Part shown: piece after piece, positions 38,360 through 48,731 of the stretch
Numbering within the stretch: the first letter of the stretch is position 1
Layout: each line of letters starts with the position of its first letter
Assembly: GCA_964417645.1 (NCBI GenBank)
Contig: CAYQIS010000002.1
Coordinates: forward strand, 66,583-130,582
Source: an uncultured Spirochaetia bacterium
GTDB taxonomy: Bacteria; Oederibacteriota; PGYV01
DNA length: 64,000 nt
Direction: 5' to 3'
Notes under the pieces: generated by a model
The model's input: the letters and a program-made list of their open reading frames with translations, nothing else
Database searches by the model: none
Told to the model about the DNA's origin: nothing
Made by a program: the position numbers and the translations under genes

Positions 38360-38424
38360 GGCCAGGGTTGAGACTACCCAGTAGCTCGTAAAAACCCCTC
38401 TATGTCCCTGGCCTTATTTTATTT
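38360..38424 (+). ncRNA. Candidate small RNA: promoter + structured hairpin + T-rich terminator-like tail
   Basis: GGCCAGGG (38360-38367) pairs with CCCTGGCC (38406-38413), enclosing an inner hairpin GAGaCTAC-cca-GTAGCTC, followed by TTATTTTATTT. Confidence 0.3.
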
Positions 38425-38504
38425 AAAAACCACTTATGAATTGACAATCCCTGAGCTTGGTGTAAAATTTTATTGTATATAAAAATATACGGGGGAAATG
38501 GCGG

Positions 38505-38723
38505 ATGTGGGAAATAATGTATGTGACAAAGGATCCTGTTGCAGATCCTGAGGGAAAAACGGTTGTACCGCTTACAAGAATGAATGACGACAAGAATACA
38601 TATGTCAGGGAAGATGTTCTTGATGCAAATGAAAATGTTTTTTTGTATCATGACTCAAGAAAACCTGAAATAAAGATAAAACTTCAAAAGGTATCAAACA
38701 TTGAATTTAAACAGGTTTTTTAA
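38505..38723 (+). CDS. Hypothetical small protein
   Basis: Promoter TTGACA-16-TAAAAT at 38441-38468; GGGGG RBS 9 nt before ATG; 72 aa. Confidence 0.4.
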   Translation: MWEIMYVTKDPVADPEGKTVVPLTRMNDDKNTYVREDVLDANENVFLYHDSRKPEIKIKLQKVSNIEFKQVF

Positions 38724-39654
38724 AATTGTCACCGTAATATTTCTTTTTATGTATGCTGTTTTTTTTGGAAACGCTGCCGCTTTAGATTTTCCTGTTGCCG
38801 ATTCGGCTTCTTTGCCGGGATTTTATGACCCGTATAACACCGAACTTTTGGGGAATACACGCAATTTTTTTGCAATATCGGGGGGAATCAGAAATTACGA
38901 TTTTGAAGGAACCATGGGAAAGGAAAATTTTCATATATCTTATGGGGCTGCGGCTGTCAGTCTTTATGGAGTAACTTTTTCCGTTTCATATCCTCAGTTT
39001 GGCGACAGAATAACAAGAGGCGGTCTTTTTATGGATGACGGATTTTTGCTTACGGCAGGATTCAGGTTAAGGCATTTGAATGCAAGGATTGGAGCATCGC
39101 TTACGGTGCCTTTTGGATTTGACACCAAGAGCGAAGGGGTTTCTCTTAATACAGGATTTGCAACAATGATAAATGATTATTTGATGCCTTTTATTTCTTT
39201 TAAAAATATTATAAGCAATGGCTACACACCGGTTATGGATGATGTCTCTTTTTTTACTTCAACCGGATGGCCGTTTACGGCCGATGCCGGAGTTATGGCA
39301 ACTCCTTTTGACAATTTTGGTTTTTCCGTGAAAGGAACAGCCTTACTTTCACAAAATCAGCTGATTCCGATGGGAATATTTGCAATGCCTCTTGAATTAA
39401 GGCCCGGTTTGTCAATAGACTTTTTTTGGCGCTGTCTTGAGTGGCTTGAAATTAATTTTGGAATAAGCGGGTCTGAAAAAGCAACAAAAATAGATTTTTC
39501 GGAATTTAAAGTAAGATATTCTTCAAGAACAGAATACAGGTTTGGAATGGCTTTTCTTTTGGGCGATTTATCAATAAGATTTTCGGTAAACGGGGACAAC
39601 AGACCCGTATCAGGCATTCCCATGATAAGTGTAACATCGGGGCAGTTCTTTTGA
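38701..39654 (+). CDS. Hypothetical secreted / outer-membrane beta-barrel-like protein
   Basis: Signal peptide; Gly/aromatic-rich alternating pattern; C-terminal '...SGQFF'. Confidence 0.5.
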   Translation: MNLNRFFKIVTVIFLFMYAVFFGNAAALDFPVADSASLPGFYDPYNTELLGNTRNFFAISGGIRNYDFEGTMGKENFHISYGAAAVSLYGVTFSVSYPQFGDRITRGGLFMDDGFLLTAGFRLRHLNARIGASLTVPFGFDTKSEGVSLNTGFATMINDYLMPFISFKNIISNGYTPVMDDVSFFTSTGWPFTADAGVMATPFDNFGFSVKGTALLSQNQLIPMGIFAMPLELRPGLSIDFFWRCLEWLEINFGISGSEKATKIDFSEFKVRYSSRTEYRFGMAFLLGDLSIRFSVNGDNRPVSGIPMISVTSGQFF

Positions 39655-39813
39655 GCCTGCGTGCAATAAGGCTAATTTCTTTTCTTTTTCCCGTCATAGG
39701 TATTTTTATATTCGGTAATTATAATGATAAAGACGATAAAAAAGCATGGGAAGCTTTAAAATGGAGCGTTTTGGGCTGTGTCCTTTTAAGTTTTTTTGCT
39801 TTATTTTATATTA

Positions 39814-41622
39814 TTATTCATTTACTTTGAGTATTGCAAGAAACGCTTCCTGAGGTATTTCGACGGAACCAATCTGTTTCATTCTTTTCTTTCCTTCTTT
39901 CTGCTTTTCAAGAAGCTTTCTTTTTCTGGTGATATCTCCTCCGTAACATTTTGCAAGAACATCTTTTCTGAGCGCCGATATGGTTTCCCGCGCTATTATC
40001 TGACCCCCGATTGCCCCCTGTATTGGAACGGGAAACTGCTGTTTTGGAATAACATCTTTTAATTTTTCGGTTAAAGCTTTTGCTTTGGTGTATGCAAAAT
40101 CGGCATGTGTTATGAAAGAAAGAGAATCAACTTTTTCGTGGTTGACAAGTATATCAACTTTTTTAAGGTTTGCTTCTCTATAGTCTATAAGCTCATAGTC
40201 CATGGAAGCGTATCCGCGGGATACGGATTTTAATCTGTCATAAAAATCCCAAATTATTTCTGCCAGAGGAATTTCATAGTAAAGTATGGCTCTTGTTTTT
40301 GAAAGATATTCGGTGTTTTTATAAATCCCTCTTTTGGCCTGACAAAGCTGCATTAAAGGCCCGAGATAATCAGGAGGTGTTATTATTGAAAGCTTTACAT
40401 AAGGCTCCTCGATATGATCTATTGTTGAAGGATCCGGAAATTCAGCCGGACTGTCACAAACAATTTTTCCGCCGTTTGTAAGATAAACATCGTACTCAAC
40501 ATTTGGGGCTGTTGCTATAAGGTTAAGATTATATTCCCGTTCAAGTCTTTCCTGGACTATTTCCATGTGAAGAAGGCCCAGGAAGCCGCATCTGTATCCG
40601 AAACCAAGCGCTTCGGAAGATTCCGGCATATAAGTAAGCGAGCTGTCATTTAATTTAAGTTTCATAAGAGCGTCTTTTAAACTCTCGTACTGCTCGCTTA
40701 AAACAGGAAAAATTCCGCAGAAAACCATTGGTTTTATTTCCTGATATCCAGGAAGAGGGGCATCGCACGGACGCCTTGTTTCCGTTATTGTGTCGCCTAT
40801 TTTAATGTCGCTTAAACTTCTGATACCTGCAACTATATAGCCAACATTGCCGGCTGTAAGCTCTTCCGTTTCAACCATACCGGGCTTGAATATTCCGATA
40901 TTTGTCACATCCCAGTCTGAAGATGTTGCCATCATCCTTATTTTCATACCTTTTTTTATGAAGCCGTCATAAAGCCTTACAAAAACAATTACTCCTTTGT
41001 AATAGTCAAATTGAGCGTCCATTATAAGGGCTTTTAAAGGTTTGTTTATGTCGCCTGCAGGGGGTTTTATTCTGTCTATTACCGCATCAATTATCTCGGC
41101 TATGCCTATGCCTTCTTTTGCGCTTGCTTTTACCGCTTCTTCGGCCGGGATTGCAAGAAGTTCTTCAAGTTCCGCCATTACACGCTCCGGGTCTGCCGCA
41201 GGCATGTCTATTTTGTTGATAACCGGGATTATTGAAAGGTTATGGTTTATTGCAATGTGCGCATTTGCCATTGTCTGTGCTTCAACGCCCTGGCTGGCAT
41301 CAACGACCAAAAGAGCACCTTCCGAAGATATAAGGCTTCTTGAAACTTCATAAGTGAAATCAACATGGCCCGGAGTGTCAATCAGATTAAGAGTGTATTC
41401 TTGCCCGTCACGGGTATGTTTTAATTGAACGGCTTTTGCTTTAATTGTTATTCCGCGCTCGCGTTCCAAATCCATACTGTCCAGGATTTGATCCTTCATT
41501 TTTCGTTTGTCTATTGTGTTTGTGTACTCAAGCAATCTGTCAGCAAGAGTGCTTTTCCCGTGGTCTATATGCGCTATTATGCTGAAATTTCTTATGTATT
41601 TCATATATTCGTTTTGACTCAA
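39814..41622 (-). CDS. lepA: Elongation factor 4 (LepA)
   Basis: '[21 protein letters not shown]', LepA C-terminal domain. TTG start in a TTGA overlap with the upstream stop; alternative ATG at 41604. Confidence 0.95.
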   Translation of the reverse strand: MSQNEYMKYIRNFSIIAHIDHGKSTLADRLLEYTNTIDKRKMKDQILDSMDLERERGITIKAKAVQLKHTRDGQEYTLNLIDTPGHVDFTYEVSRSLISSEGALLVVDASQGVEAQTMANAHIAINHNLSIIPVINKIDMPAADPERVMAELEELLAIPAEEAVKASAKEGIGIAEIIDAVIDRIKPPAGDINKPLKALIMDAQFDYYKGVIVFVRLYDGFIKKGMKIRMMATSSDWDVTNIGIFKPGMVETEELTAGNVGYIVAGIRSLSDIKIGDTITETRRPCDAPLPGYQEIKPMVFCGIFPVLSEQYESLKDALMKLKLNDSSLTYMPESSEALGFGYRCGFLGLLHMEIVQERLEREYNLNLIATAPNVEYDVYLTNGGKIVCDSPAEFPDPSTIDHIEEPYVKLSIITPPDYLGPLMQLCQAKRGIYKNTEYLSKTRAILYYEIPLAEIIWDFYDRLKSVSRGYASMDYELIDYREANLKKVDILVNHEKVDSLSFITHADFAYTKAKALTEKLKDVIPKQQFPVPIQGAIGGQIIARETISALRKDVLAKCYGGDITRKRKLLEKQKEGKKRMKQIGSVEIPQEAFLAILKVNE

Positions 41623-43514
41623 TTTTCCACCTTCACATATTTATATTCAAAATATCTTTCTTGAGTGCTCATGCCTCCGTATTGAAGCATAAAAGGAACC
41701 ATAAACATGTTGCCGCGTTTTGGGTCCTGCTTTGGTATTGATAACTGAAAGGTAAGTGTTTTTACTTCGTCCGGCGCAAGAGAAAATTTTTGAGTCACGT
41801 TTTCCGGAACAGACACACCTTCCATTTTTAACAGTTTAAGATAATAATCCGAATTGGACCGGGAAATATTTGTGACATTTATTTCAACCGTGAAATGCTC
41901 CGCGGCATGTACCGTATCAGGACAGTCCCAGGAAACAGTGAAAGGAAACAGTTTTTCACTGCGTCTTAAATGGGTAAAGGTTGCCGCGCCGGCCGTGGCC
42001 CATTCGATGGGGGGATAAGGGCCGCGGGTTCCCATGAAAGCCCTTGTTAAATCATGCCAGAAAAGCCCAAGCGAAGGGTTAACCGGCAGAAGCTCATTAA
42101 CCAATTTTTCCTGCCTGATAAAATGTTCGTGAGGTCCGGGAGGTTCATAAGTTTTTCCGAGAAGATTCCAATCAACACACTGCCCCGCCATAAGCGTTGT
42201 GCTGCCTTGTTTAAGATAATCCTTCCAGTCATTAATAAGCATTGGATACATGGGTTTGTCTATTGAATAAAACATGCCTGCGTTGAAATCAAGGCCTGCA
42301 TCAATAAACATAAGCGGGTCCTGTCCGTGCTGCTTTCCGTTTTTCCATGTAAGTGTAAAAGCCCACATTGGTTTTGTAATGCCGGCCTTTTCTTTTATTT
42401 TTTTAATTATTGTTGACATTTTATGGGCTCTCCACCACTGCCACATTTCTTCTATTGAACGGTCTTTTTCAATTTCGAGTTTTTTTCCAAGCCAAAGCAT
42501 TCTTGATTCCCGGGGCAGTTCCATAAATCCTTCCGGCACAATAACAGGCATATCCGTAAGAAATTGGTCCACCATTTCAAGCCCGCCAAAATCCGTCCTG
42601 ATATAATCAAGCCCGACGTAATCAACGTTTGGGTTCGCGTTAAGTTTTTTAAGCAGATCTATTATGTCATTGTGTCTGCGCTCATCATCAATCGATATGT
42701 AAATCATTTTTTTAAGGGTGTCATTTGCCTTGTCGTATCCCGTTGTCATCTGGTAAGGGGATAAGTCATGGCGGTTTCCGGGCATTACAAAACTTGTTAT
42801 CCAGCAGCCGTATTTCATGCCGAAGTCATGCAGAGCTTCTCCGAGTTCTGAAACCTGATTAATGGTTGCTTTGTTCCAAGGAAATTCATTTGTGTTTAAA
42901 GTGTTCCAAATTTGGCTTTGCCCCACACAGTGCCATAAAGCGTCAGCGCCCATGTATTTTGCCCAAAGAACATAATTTTCCCATACTTTTACCGTCTTTC
43001 CGCCTATTCCTGGAACACGTTTTATTATACTGTCTCCAGGTTCTATGTCGGTTATGCAGAATCCTTTGGGAAACCGGAGAGGCTGTCTTCCTTGTATCTT
43101 GAAGGATACGGTTCCGGATGCTTTTTTCTTTCCGGCTTTGAAAGTCACTTCGGCCTTGTACTCGCCAAGGCCTGGATTCCATGGTATTGGCCACTTTCCT
43201 GAATATGAGGCTGTTTTTGGGTCATATTCCATTTTTATAACGTCAAGGCCTCCTATGGTCCTTATCAGTTTTCCTTCGTGGTAAATTTTGGCGGTACAGG
43301 AAGAGTCTTTTGTAATATTTGCGGATACAGCTTCTATGCCTGATGCCATTTTAACCAGGCTGTTTTTTAACGGGGAATCTTCGGCGCAATAAATCCTAAC
43401 AATTTCGTATCTTAAGTAATCTGTTTTGTCTGTTGAAAGCCTGATTGAAAGCGCTTGTAAGCTTGAAACCATCAACAAAACTTGTATAATGGCTGCTGTG
43501 GCAAATTTTTTCAT
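41619..43514 (-). CDS. Secreted hypothetical protein, possible glycoside-hydrolase-like barrel flanked by beta-sandwich domains
   Basis: Signal peptide '[21 protein letters not shown]'; 631 aa; no firm family motif. Confidence 0.5.
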   Translation of the reverse strand: MKKFATAAIIQVLLMVSSLQALSIRLSTDKTDYLRYEIVRIYCAEDSPLKNSLVKMASGIEAVSANITKDSSCTAKIYHEGKLIRTIGGLDVIKMEYDPKTASYSGKWPIPWNPGLGEYKAEVTFKAGKKKASGTVSFKIQGRQPLRFPKGFCITDIEPGDSIIKRVPGIGGKTVKVWENYVLWAKYMGADALWHCVGQSQIWNTLNTNEFPWNKATINQVSELGEALHDFGMKYGCWITSFVMPGNRHDLSPYQMTTGYDKANDTLKKMIYISIDDERRHNDIIDLLKKLNANPNVDYVGLDYIRTDFGGLEMVDQFLTDMPVIVPEGFMELPRESRMLWLGKKLEIEKDRSIEEMWQWWRAHKMSTIIKKIKEKAGITKPMWAFTLTWKNGKQHGQDPLMFIDAGLDFNAGMFYSIDKPMYPMLINDWKDYLKQGSTTLMAGQCVDWNLLGKTYEPPGPHEHFIRQEKLVNELLPVNPSLGLFWHDLTRAFMGTRGPYPPIEWATAGAATFTHLRRSEKLFPFTVSWDCPDTVHAAEHFTVEINVTNISRSNSDYYLKLLKMEGVSVPENVTQKFSLAPDEVKTLTFQLSIPKQDPKRGNMFMVPFMLQYGGMSTQERYFEYKYVKVEN

Positions 43515-43568
43515 GCTGCTCCAAAAATATTGTTATAAAAATTTAACCTGAAAATTATAAAAGGATTT

Positions 43569-44225
43569 ATGACAAGAATCAAGAAGAAACAATTTTCAAT
43601 AAAAGGCAATGTAATTTCCGTAAAAGAGCTGTTTATGGATATTGAAGGAGAAGGCATAAATCAGGGATTTGCCACATTTTTTGTAAGACTTGCAGGATGT
43701 AATTTGAGATGTATGTATTGTGACACAGTTTATTCCTATTATGGAGGGATTGATTTTTCCGTATCTTATATAGCGGACATGATACTGGCGTCAGGTCTTA
43801 AGTACGTAAATATAACGGGAGGAGAGCCTCTTCTTCAAAAAGATGCCGTGAAAAAGCTTGTTTCCAAAATAAAAAAACGGGATAAAAGAGTAAAGATAAG
43901 CATAGAAACGAACGGCTCTGTTGATGTAAGAGGTACGGGCGCTGATATGATAAGTATGGACTGGAAACTTCCCGGTTCCGGACAGAATGATAAAATGCTT
44001 GAAAAAAATCTTGAATTTTTAAAGTCTTCGGATCAAATTAAACTTGTAATTTCATCGGAAGAAGACATGGAATACGCAAAAACTTTTTTTGAAAGGAAAA
44101 AAATCCGTGCTTTAATTATTGCTCAGCCCGCTTTTGGAAAATTTAAGATAAAAAGAATTGCGGATTTTGTAATTGACAACAGGCTTAACTGGAAAGTTGG
44201 CATGCAGCTTCATAAGTTTTTGTGA
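43569..44225 (+). CDS. queE: 7-carboxy-7-deazaguanine synthase (radical SAM)
   Basis: 'IEGEGINQG', 'FVRLAGCNLRCMYCDT', 'ITGGEPLLQ'. Confidence 0.8.
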   Translation: MTRIKKKQFSIKGNVISVKELFMDIEGEGINQGFATFFVRLAGCNLRCMYCDTVYSYYGGIDFSVSYIADMILASGLKYVNITGGEPLLQKDAVKKLVSKIKKRDKRVKISIETNGSVDVRGTGADMISMDWKLPGSGQNDKMLEKNLEFLKSSDQIKLVISSEEDMEYAKTFFERKKIRALIIAQPAFGKFKIKRIADFVIDNRLNWKVGMQLHKFL

Positions 44226-44238
44226 TAAAATCATATCC

Positions 44239-45414
44239 ATGAAGAAAATCAATCTTATAAAAACTCTGGCAGCGGTTTTGATTTCTTCGGCTTTATATTC
44301 TGCCGATTATACCGCGCTGAATTCATATCCAAAAACATCCTCTGTTTCCGGCGCAAATGTTTTTTGCGTTAACGGCAGTGAAGGGATAAATGACAATCCG
44401 GCTTCTGCGGCTTATGCGCCTTCGGTTTCCGGGATGAATTTTGTGACCGGAATGGGAATCAGCGTGCAGAACATAAGCTGCAATTTCTCTTCGGGGCAAA
44501 CTAATTTTGGATTGTCTTTGTCAAATTATTCTTTTGGTCAGGAGCAGGAAATATCGCAGGATAATTTCGGAGCTCCGGTGTTAACCGGAAAGTCTGTCCT
44601 GCTTTCTTCTTTTGGAATTACAGGGGTTTACGCCAGAAAGTTCGGAAAATTAAGCGCCGGTTTTTCGCTGGGGGCTCTTAACGAAATTTTTGGAACGGAT
44701 TTTTTGGCTTTCAATGCGGGATTGGGATTTAGAATTGATGATATTGCAATAAAAGGACTTTGTGCCGGGGTTTCGGCATCGGGCATAGACCTTTCAGGCA
44801 GGGGATTAAGGATTGCGGGTATAAGCGCTTTGTATTCTTCGGGGGATGATACTCCTTTTTTTATTTCTTCGTCATTCACTTTTGACGGCTATGCACCGTG
44901 CATTTCTCTTGGTGCCGTTGTAAATTTAGCACAAAATTTTTATTTGTCTGCGGGCACAAAATATGTGTCGGGGATGTTTTATTCGGCAGCAGGGGCTTCT
45001 TTTAATATTGGATCATTGGGTTTGAATTATTCTTTTGAACCCATGAATATTACCGGATTATCCAACAGAATTTCGCTTACGTATAATTTTGAAAGCTTCG
45101 GGGAAACTTTAAAACAAACAGGTCCGGATCCGCAGGGAGAAAAAAGTTTTGCGGCATATATGCGAAACGGAGATTATTATTACAGCGGCAGACAATACAG
45201 CCAGGCGGCGAAATATTATGAACACATCAATGTTCTTTATTGGAAGGAACTGCAAAAAATGAATGCAAACGAAAGGTCCAGGTTTTTTCAAAAACTCGGG
45301 ATATGTTATTACAACATCAAGGATAATGCCAGGGCAAGACAGTATTTTGAGCAGGCTGTTTTTCTTACGCCGGACAATGAAATACTTAAGCACTGGCTTA
45401 AGGTGCTGAAATGA
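44239..45414 (+). CDS. Secreted hypothetical protein with C-terminal TPR-like repeats
   Basis: Signal peptide 'MKKINLIKTLAAVLISSALYSA'. The ORF is open from 44173. Confidence 0.5.
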   Translation: MKKINLIKTLAAVLISSALYSADYTALNSYPKTSSVSGANVFCVNGSEGINDNPASAAYAPSVSGMNFVTGMGISVQNISCNFSSGQTNFGLSLSNYSFGQEQEISQDNFGAPVLTGKSVLLSSFGITGVYARKFGKLSAGFSLGALNEIFGTDFLAFNAGLGFRIDDIAIKGLCAGVSASGIDLSGRGLRIAGISALYSSGDDTPFFISSSFTFDGYAPCISLGAVVNLAQNFYLSAGTKYVSGMFYSAAGASFNIGSLGLNYSFEPMNITGLSNRISLTYNFESFGETLKQTGPDPQGEKSFAAYMRNGDYYYSGRQYSQAAKYYEHINVLYWKELQKMNANERSRFFQKLGICYYNIKDNARARQYFEQAVFLTPDNEILKHWLKVLK

Positions 45415-46163
45415 AAAAATACATTATGATTTTTGCGGCAGCGGCTGCGGTTTTTCCGCTTTACGCGATTACCGACACGCACACGCCAACCTTAACCGTA
45501 ACGGAAACACATACAGAAACAATAACGGCGACTGCAAGTATAAGCGCCACGGAAAACATTACGGAAGAAAATACGGTTACCTTTACGGAGACGCCAATCA
45601 TAACTGAAACTGAAACCTGCACGCCGACTTCCACACATACATTCAGCATAACCCAAACACAGACATCTGCCGCATGTTGCACGTTTACGGCCACCGCCAC
45701 ATTTATCGAAACTTCAACCCCTGCAGTAACAAAGACAAATACAGCCACAATAACCGGAACAATTACTCAAACTCTGACTTCAACAATAACGGCAACCCCA
45801 AGTATTACAAAAACTCATACAGCAACACCCTCAATAACCGTTACAAATACGCCTTTTATCACGCCCACAGTTGAGACATATCTTTATGATATTTTGTCTT
45901 ACTGCCTTTATCCAAACCCTTTGTCAAAGGGAATGCCTTTAAGGATGATATTTGAAAATGCGAAAGAAACACAAATAGCAGTTAAAATATTTACTTTAAA
46001 CGGCACGCTGTTAATTGAAAAAACGCAAAAATTCCCCCCTGGAAGAGGAAGAATGGAAGTTGAGACAAATAAACTGGGTAAGGGGATATTTTTATACAGC
46101 GTGACTGTAAATGAAAGCGGCAGGGAATCGGTAAAGCAAAAGCGCAAGCTTATAATACGCTGA
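45411..46163 (+). CDS. Thr-rich (mucin-like) secreted protein with T9SS-type C-terminal sorting domain
   Basis: About 150 aa of T-x-T repeats, then 'LYPNPLSKGMPLRMIF...IFLYSV' Por_Secre_tail-like domain. Confidence 0.65.
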   Translation: MKKYIMIFAAAAAVFPLYAITDTHTPTLTVTETHTETITATASISATENITEENTVTFTETPIITETETCTPTSTHTFSITQTQTSAACCTFTATATFIETSTPAVTKTNTATITGTITQTLTSTITATPSITKTHTATPSITVTNTPFITPTVETYLYDILSYCLYPNPLSKGMPLRMIFENAKETQIAVKIFTLNGTLLIEKTQKFPPGRGRMEVETNKLGKGIFLYSVTVNESGRESVKQKRKLIIR

Positions 46164-46174
46164 TAAATAAAATT

Positions 46175-46203
46175 TTGACTATAATCCCGCATATTGATAT
46201 AAT
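46175..46203 (+). promoter_or_regulatory. Consensus sigma-70 promoter TTGACT-17-TATAAT
   Basis: TTGACT 46175-46180, TATAAT 46198-46203, 40 nt upstream of the LemA-like gene. Confidence 0.6.
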
Positions 46204-46244
46204 ATTCCATAATTGTCAATAAGGCCATTTACAGGAGGCTTACT

Positions 46245-46889
46245 GTGCTTAAAAAGATATATACGCTTGTACTTGTACTTTTGGGCGCCGCCCTTGGTTT
46301 GCTTTTGGGTTTCCTGCTTTATTATAATATGTTTACGTTTTATTTAAAGACAACAAGCACGCAGGTAAAACATGACTGGCTTAGAATGGAGTATTATGTA
46401 AATAAAATTGCGGATCAGACAATTAAGCTAAGGAAAAAGTTCATTGCTGATAAAATTAAATTTGACCCGGAAAAATTTGACGCGGTTTTAAACGCAAGAA
46501 GTGTTATGATTGGCTCCGAAAAACTTGCGGATAAGGCAAAAGCGCTTGAAGAATTGGAAAATGCAATTAACGGTGTAATTGATATTTATAATCCCATGAT
46601 GGAACTCAGACGCGCTCGTTTCAGTTACTATGAATGGGGTCTTATAACAAAGGAATATATTGAAGAATACAATCATTACAGGAACACTTACCGTGATTCG
46701 GTTAATGAGTATAATTTCAGGGTGATATCTTTTCCGCTTAGCTTAATTGCCAAGATGGAAAAATATGACACTCAGCCTTTGATAAATGAAAGCAAGATAA
46801 ATGCGGTGCAGGTGGCCACTGAGAAGTATCAGGAAGCTGAAGCTTCATCAGAGGAAAGTCCGGCCTCCTCGGAGCATGCCTCCCATTAG
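46245..46889 (+). CDS. LemA-family membrane protein (3' about 90 nt overlaps rnpB)
   Basis: N-terminal TM; 'YRDSVNEYNFRVISFPLSLIAKM' matches the LemA 'YN-aV--YN--i--FP-n-vA' motif. Confidence 0.55.
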   Translation: MLKKIYTLVLVLLGAALGLLLGFLLYYNMFTFYLKTTSTQVKHDWLRMEYYVNKIADQTIKLRKKFIADKIKFDPEKFDAVLNARSVMIGSEKLADKAKALEELENAINGVIDIYNPMMELRRARFSYYEWGLITKEYIEEYNHYRNTYRDSVNEYNFRVISFPLSLIAKMEKYDTQPLINESKINAVQVATEKYQEAEASSEESPASSEHASH

Positions 46890-47212
46890 AACAGTGGGCC
46901 TGTGCGAACTAAAGTTCGCATTTGAGGGAAAGTGCCACAGAAAACAAACCGCCTAATGTAAGACCGGCTTGCCGGTCTTATATGGGTAAGGGTGAAAAGG
47001 CGGGGTAAGAGCCCACCGCGTGAATGCGCAAGCATCACGGCATGGAAAACCCAGGCAGGAGCAAGGTCAAATAGGGGTCACTGATGCGGCAAGACCGCCG
47101 TGTCAGGGAAGCGCTCCGCTTCTTAAGACCCGGGTAGACTGCATCAGAGTAATGGTCATCACTTATGCGTGTGTGAACACGCATACAGAACAGAAGCCGG
47201 CTTACACCGCAT
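46800..47212 (+). ncRNA. rnpB: RNase P RNA, bacterial type A
   Basis: 'GAGGAAAGTCCGGCCTCC' (P4), 'ACAGAAAACAAACCGCC', 'GGGTAAGGGTGAAAAGGCGGGGTAAGAGCCCACCGCG', 'GAGCAAGGTCAAATAGGGG', 'CCCGGGTAGACTGCA', 'ACAGAAGCCGGCTTA'. P1 pairs ATGCGGTG (46801-46808) with CACCGCAT (47205-47212). Confidence 0.9.
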
Positions 47213-47265
47213 TTGTCTTGTGTTTAATTTTAAACCCGTTAACCCTTCACAAAAAAGAGGATATC

Positions 47266-48078
47266 ATGGATAAAAGATACAACTATACAGACATGCATCT
47301 GCATACTGAATTTTCCTGGGATGCTGAACAGACAATAGAACAGATAATAAAGAAAGCGCGTGCTGAAGGGGTTGGGTATATCTGCCTGACAGAGCATATT
47401 GACTTTCAGGAAAGACATGTTCAAAGGGCTGATAAGTTTGATTTTAAAGGTTATTATGAAGCTGTTGAATCGGCAAGAAAAAATTTTCCGGATCTTATGC
47501 TTGGAATAGAAGTAGGAGAGCCTCATATTTACAAAAATGAATATGAAGAATTTATAAAAAACAAGCCGATAGATTTTATTCTGGCTTCAGTTCATATGAT
47601 ATCTTCTTTTACGCCGGTTTATCAGTCTTATTTTGAACAATATAAAACAATAAAAGAAGCTTATGAAAGGTATTTTGAAGAAGTTCTTAAGCTTGTAAGC
47701 TACGGAAATTTTGACGCCCTTGCACATCTTAATTTGGTGCACAGGCGCGGGGGCGGCTTTTATGACGGTTATTCATACTTGAACTTTAAAAAAAGCATAG
47801 ATCCCATACTTTCCGTTATGGCGGAAAAAAATATTGCTCTTGAAATAAACACTTCAGGGCTGCGTTATGGTTCGGCGGATGTTCTTCCGGGCGCCGATGT
47901 AATAGAAGCTTTTTTAAAAGCGGGCGGACGCATGATAACAACAGGGTCTGACTCGCACGTAATAAGTGACACTTTTTTCGGGCTTAGGGAAGCATGCGGC
48001 ATACTGGAAAAACTCGGCGTAAAGGAACTGACAATATTTAAAAACAGAAAACCCATGTCGGTGCCTATTTTTAAATGA
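47266..48078 (+). CDS. PHP-family histidinol-phosphatase-like hydrolase
   Basis: 'DMHLHTEFSWD' PHP motif 1, 'CLTEH', 'ALAHLN'. RBS 'AAGAGGA' before ATG 47266; the upstream part of the six-frame ORF from 47020 is rnpB read-through. Confidence 0.75.
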   Translation: MDKRYNYTDMHLHTEFSWDAEQTIEQIIKKARAEGVGYICLTEHIDFQERHVQRADKFDFKGYYEAVESARKNFPDLMLGIEVGEPHIYKNEYEEFIKNKPIDFILASVHMISSFTPVYQSYFEQYKTIKEAYERYFEEVLKLVSYGNFDALAHLNLVHRRGGGFYDGYSYLNFKKSIDPILSVMAEKNIALEINTSGLRYGSADVLPGADVIEAFLKAGGRMITTGSDSHVISDTFFGLREACGILEKLGVKELTIFKNRKPMSVPIFK

Positions 48079-48731
48079 TAAAACTTATAATATTTGATTT
48101 TGACGGGACACTTGTTGAAAGCGCGCCGGGCATTTGGGCAACCGCCAATGCCATGGCAAAGAAATTTGGCTTAAAGCCGGTTTCGAAAAAACTGGTTGAA
48201 ACAACCGTTGGAACAGGTCTTGATAACTTCCTTGAAGGCATATTCCCGAAGCAGACCAAAGAACTTGGCGTTGAAGAGATGATAAGGATTTACCGTTCAA
48301 TTTATGATGTAAAGTACAAACACGGGCTTAAGATGTTTAAGGGTGTTCGTGAAACGCTTAAAAAACTTTATGAAGAAGGAATAATACTTGCCATTGTTTC
48401 AAACAAACTTTCCCGTTATGTCAAAGGAATAAATGAAGAGCTGGGTATAGACTGCTATTTTAAGGATGTGCTGGGAAGTGATAATGTAAAGAAAATGAAG
48501 CCGGATCCTTATCCGCTGAAATTTCTTATGAAAAAATATAAAGTAAAGAAAAATGAAACTCTTATGGTTGGAGACAGTCAGTATGATGTTGAAGCGGGCA
48601 AAAGGGCGGGCTGCCCGGTATTCTTTTTAAGGTATGGTTACGCGGATATGAAAGCTGTAAGAAAATTAAAGCCTGAGTATATGTCAGGCAAATTCTCGGA
48701 CATTATAAAAACAGTTGAAGGTATAAAGTAA
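48075..48731 (+). CDS. HAD-superfamily hydrolase (phosphoglycolate phosphatase-like)
   Basis: 'IIFDFDGTLV' motif I, 'VSNK' motif II, 'GDSQYDVEAGKRAG' motifs III/IV. Confidence 0.85.
   Translation: MIKLIIFDFDGTLVESAPGIWATANAMAKKFGLKPVSKKLVETTVGTGLDNFLEGIFPKQTKELGVEEMIRIYRSIYDVKYKHGLKMFKGVRETLKKLYEEGIILAIVSNKLSRYVKGINEELGIDCYFKDVLGSDNVKKMKPDPYPLKFLMKKYKVKKNETLMVGDSQYDVEAGKRAGCPVFFLRYGYADMKAVRKLKPEYMSGKFSDIIKTVEGIK

Noticed and set aside
39796-40062. 88-aa plus-strand ORF
   Set aside because: Lies antisense within the 3' end of lepA; hydrophobic low-complexity sequence.
47020-47265. N-terminal 82 aa of the six-frame ORF 47020-48078 (MNAQASRHGKPRQEQ...)
   Set aside because: This stretch is a translation of the RNase P RNA gene. 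The real CDS starts at ATG 47266 with its own RBS and a PHP 'MHLHTEFS' motif shortly after.
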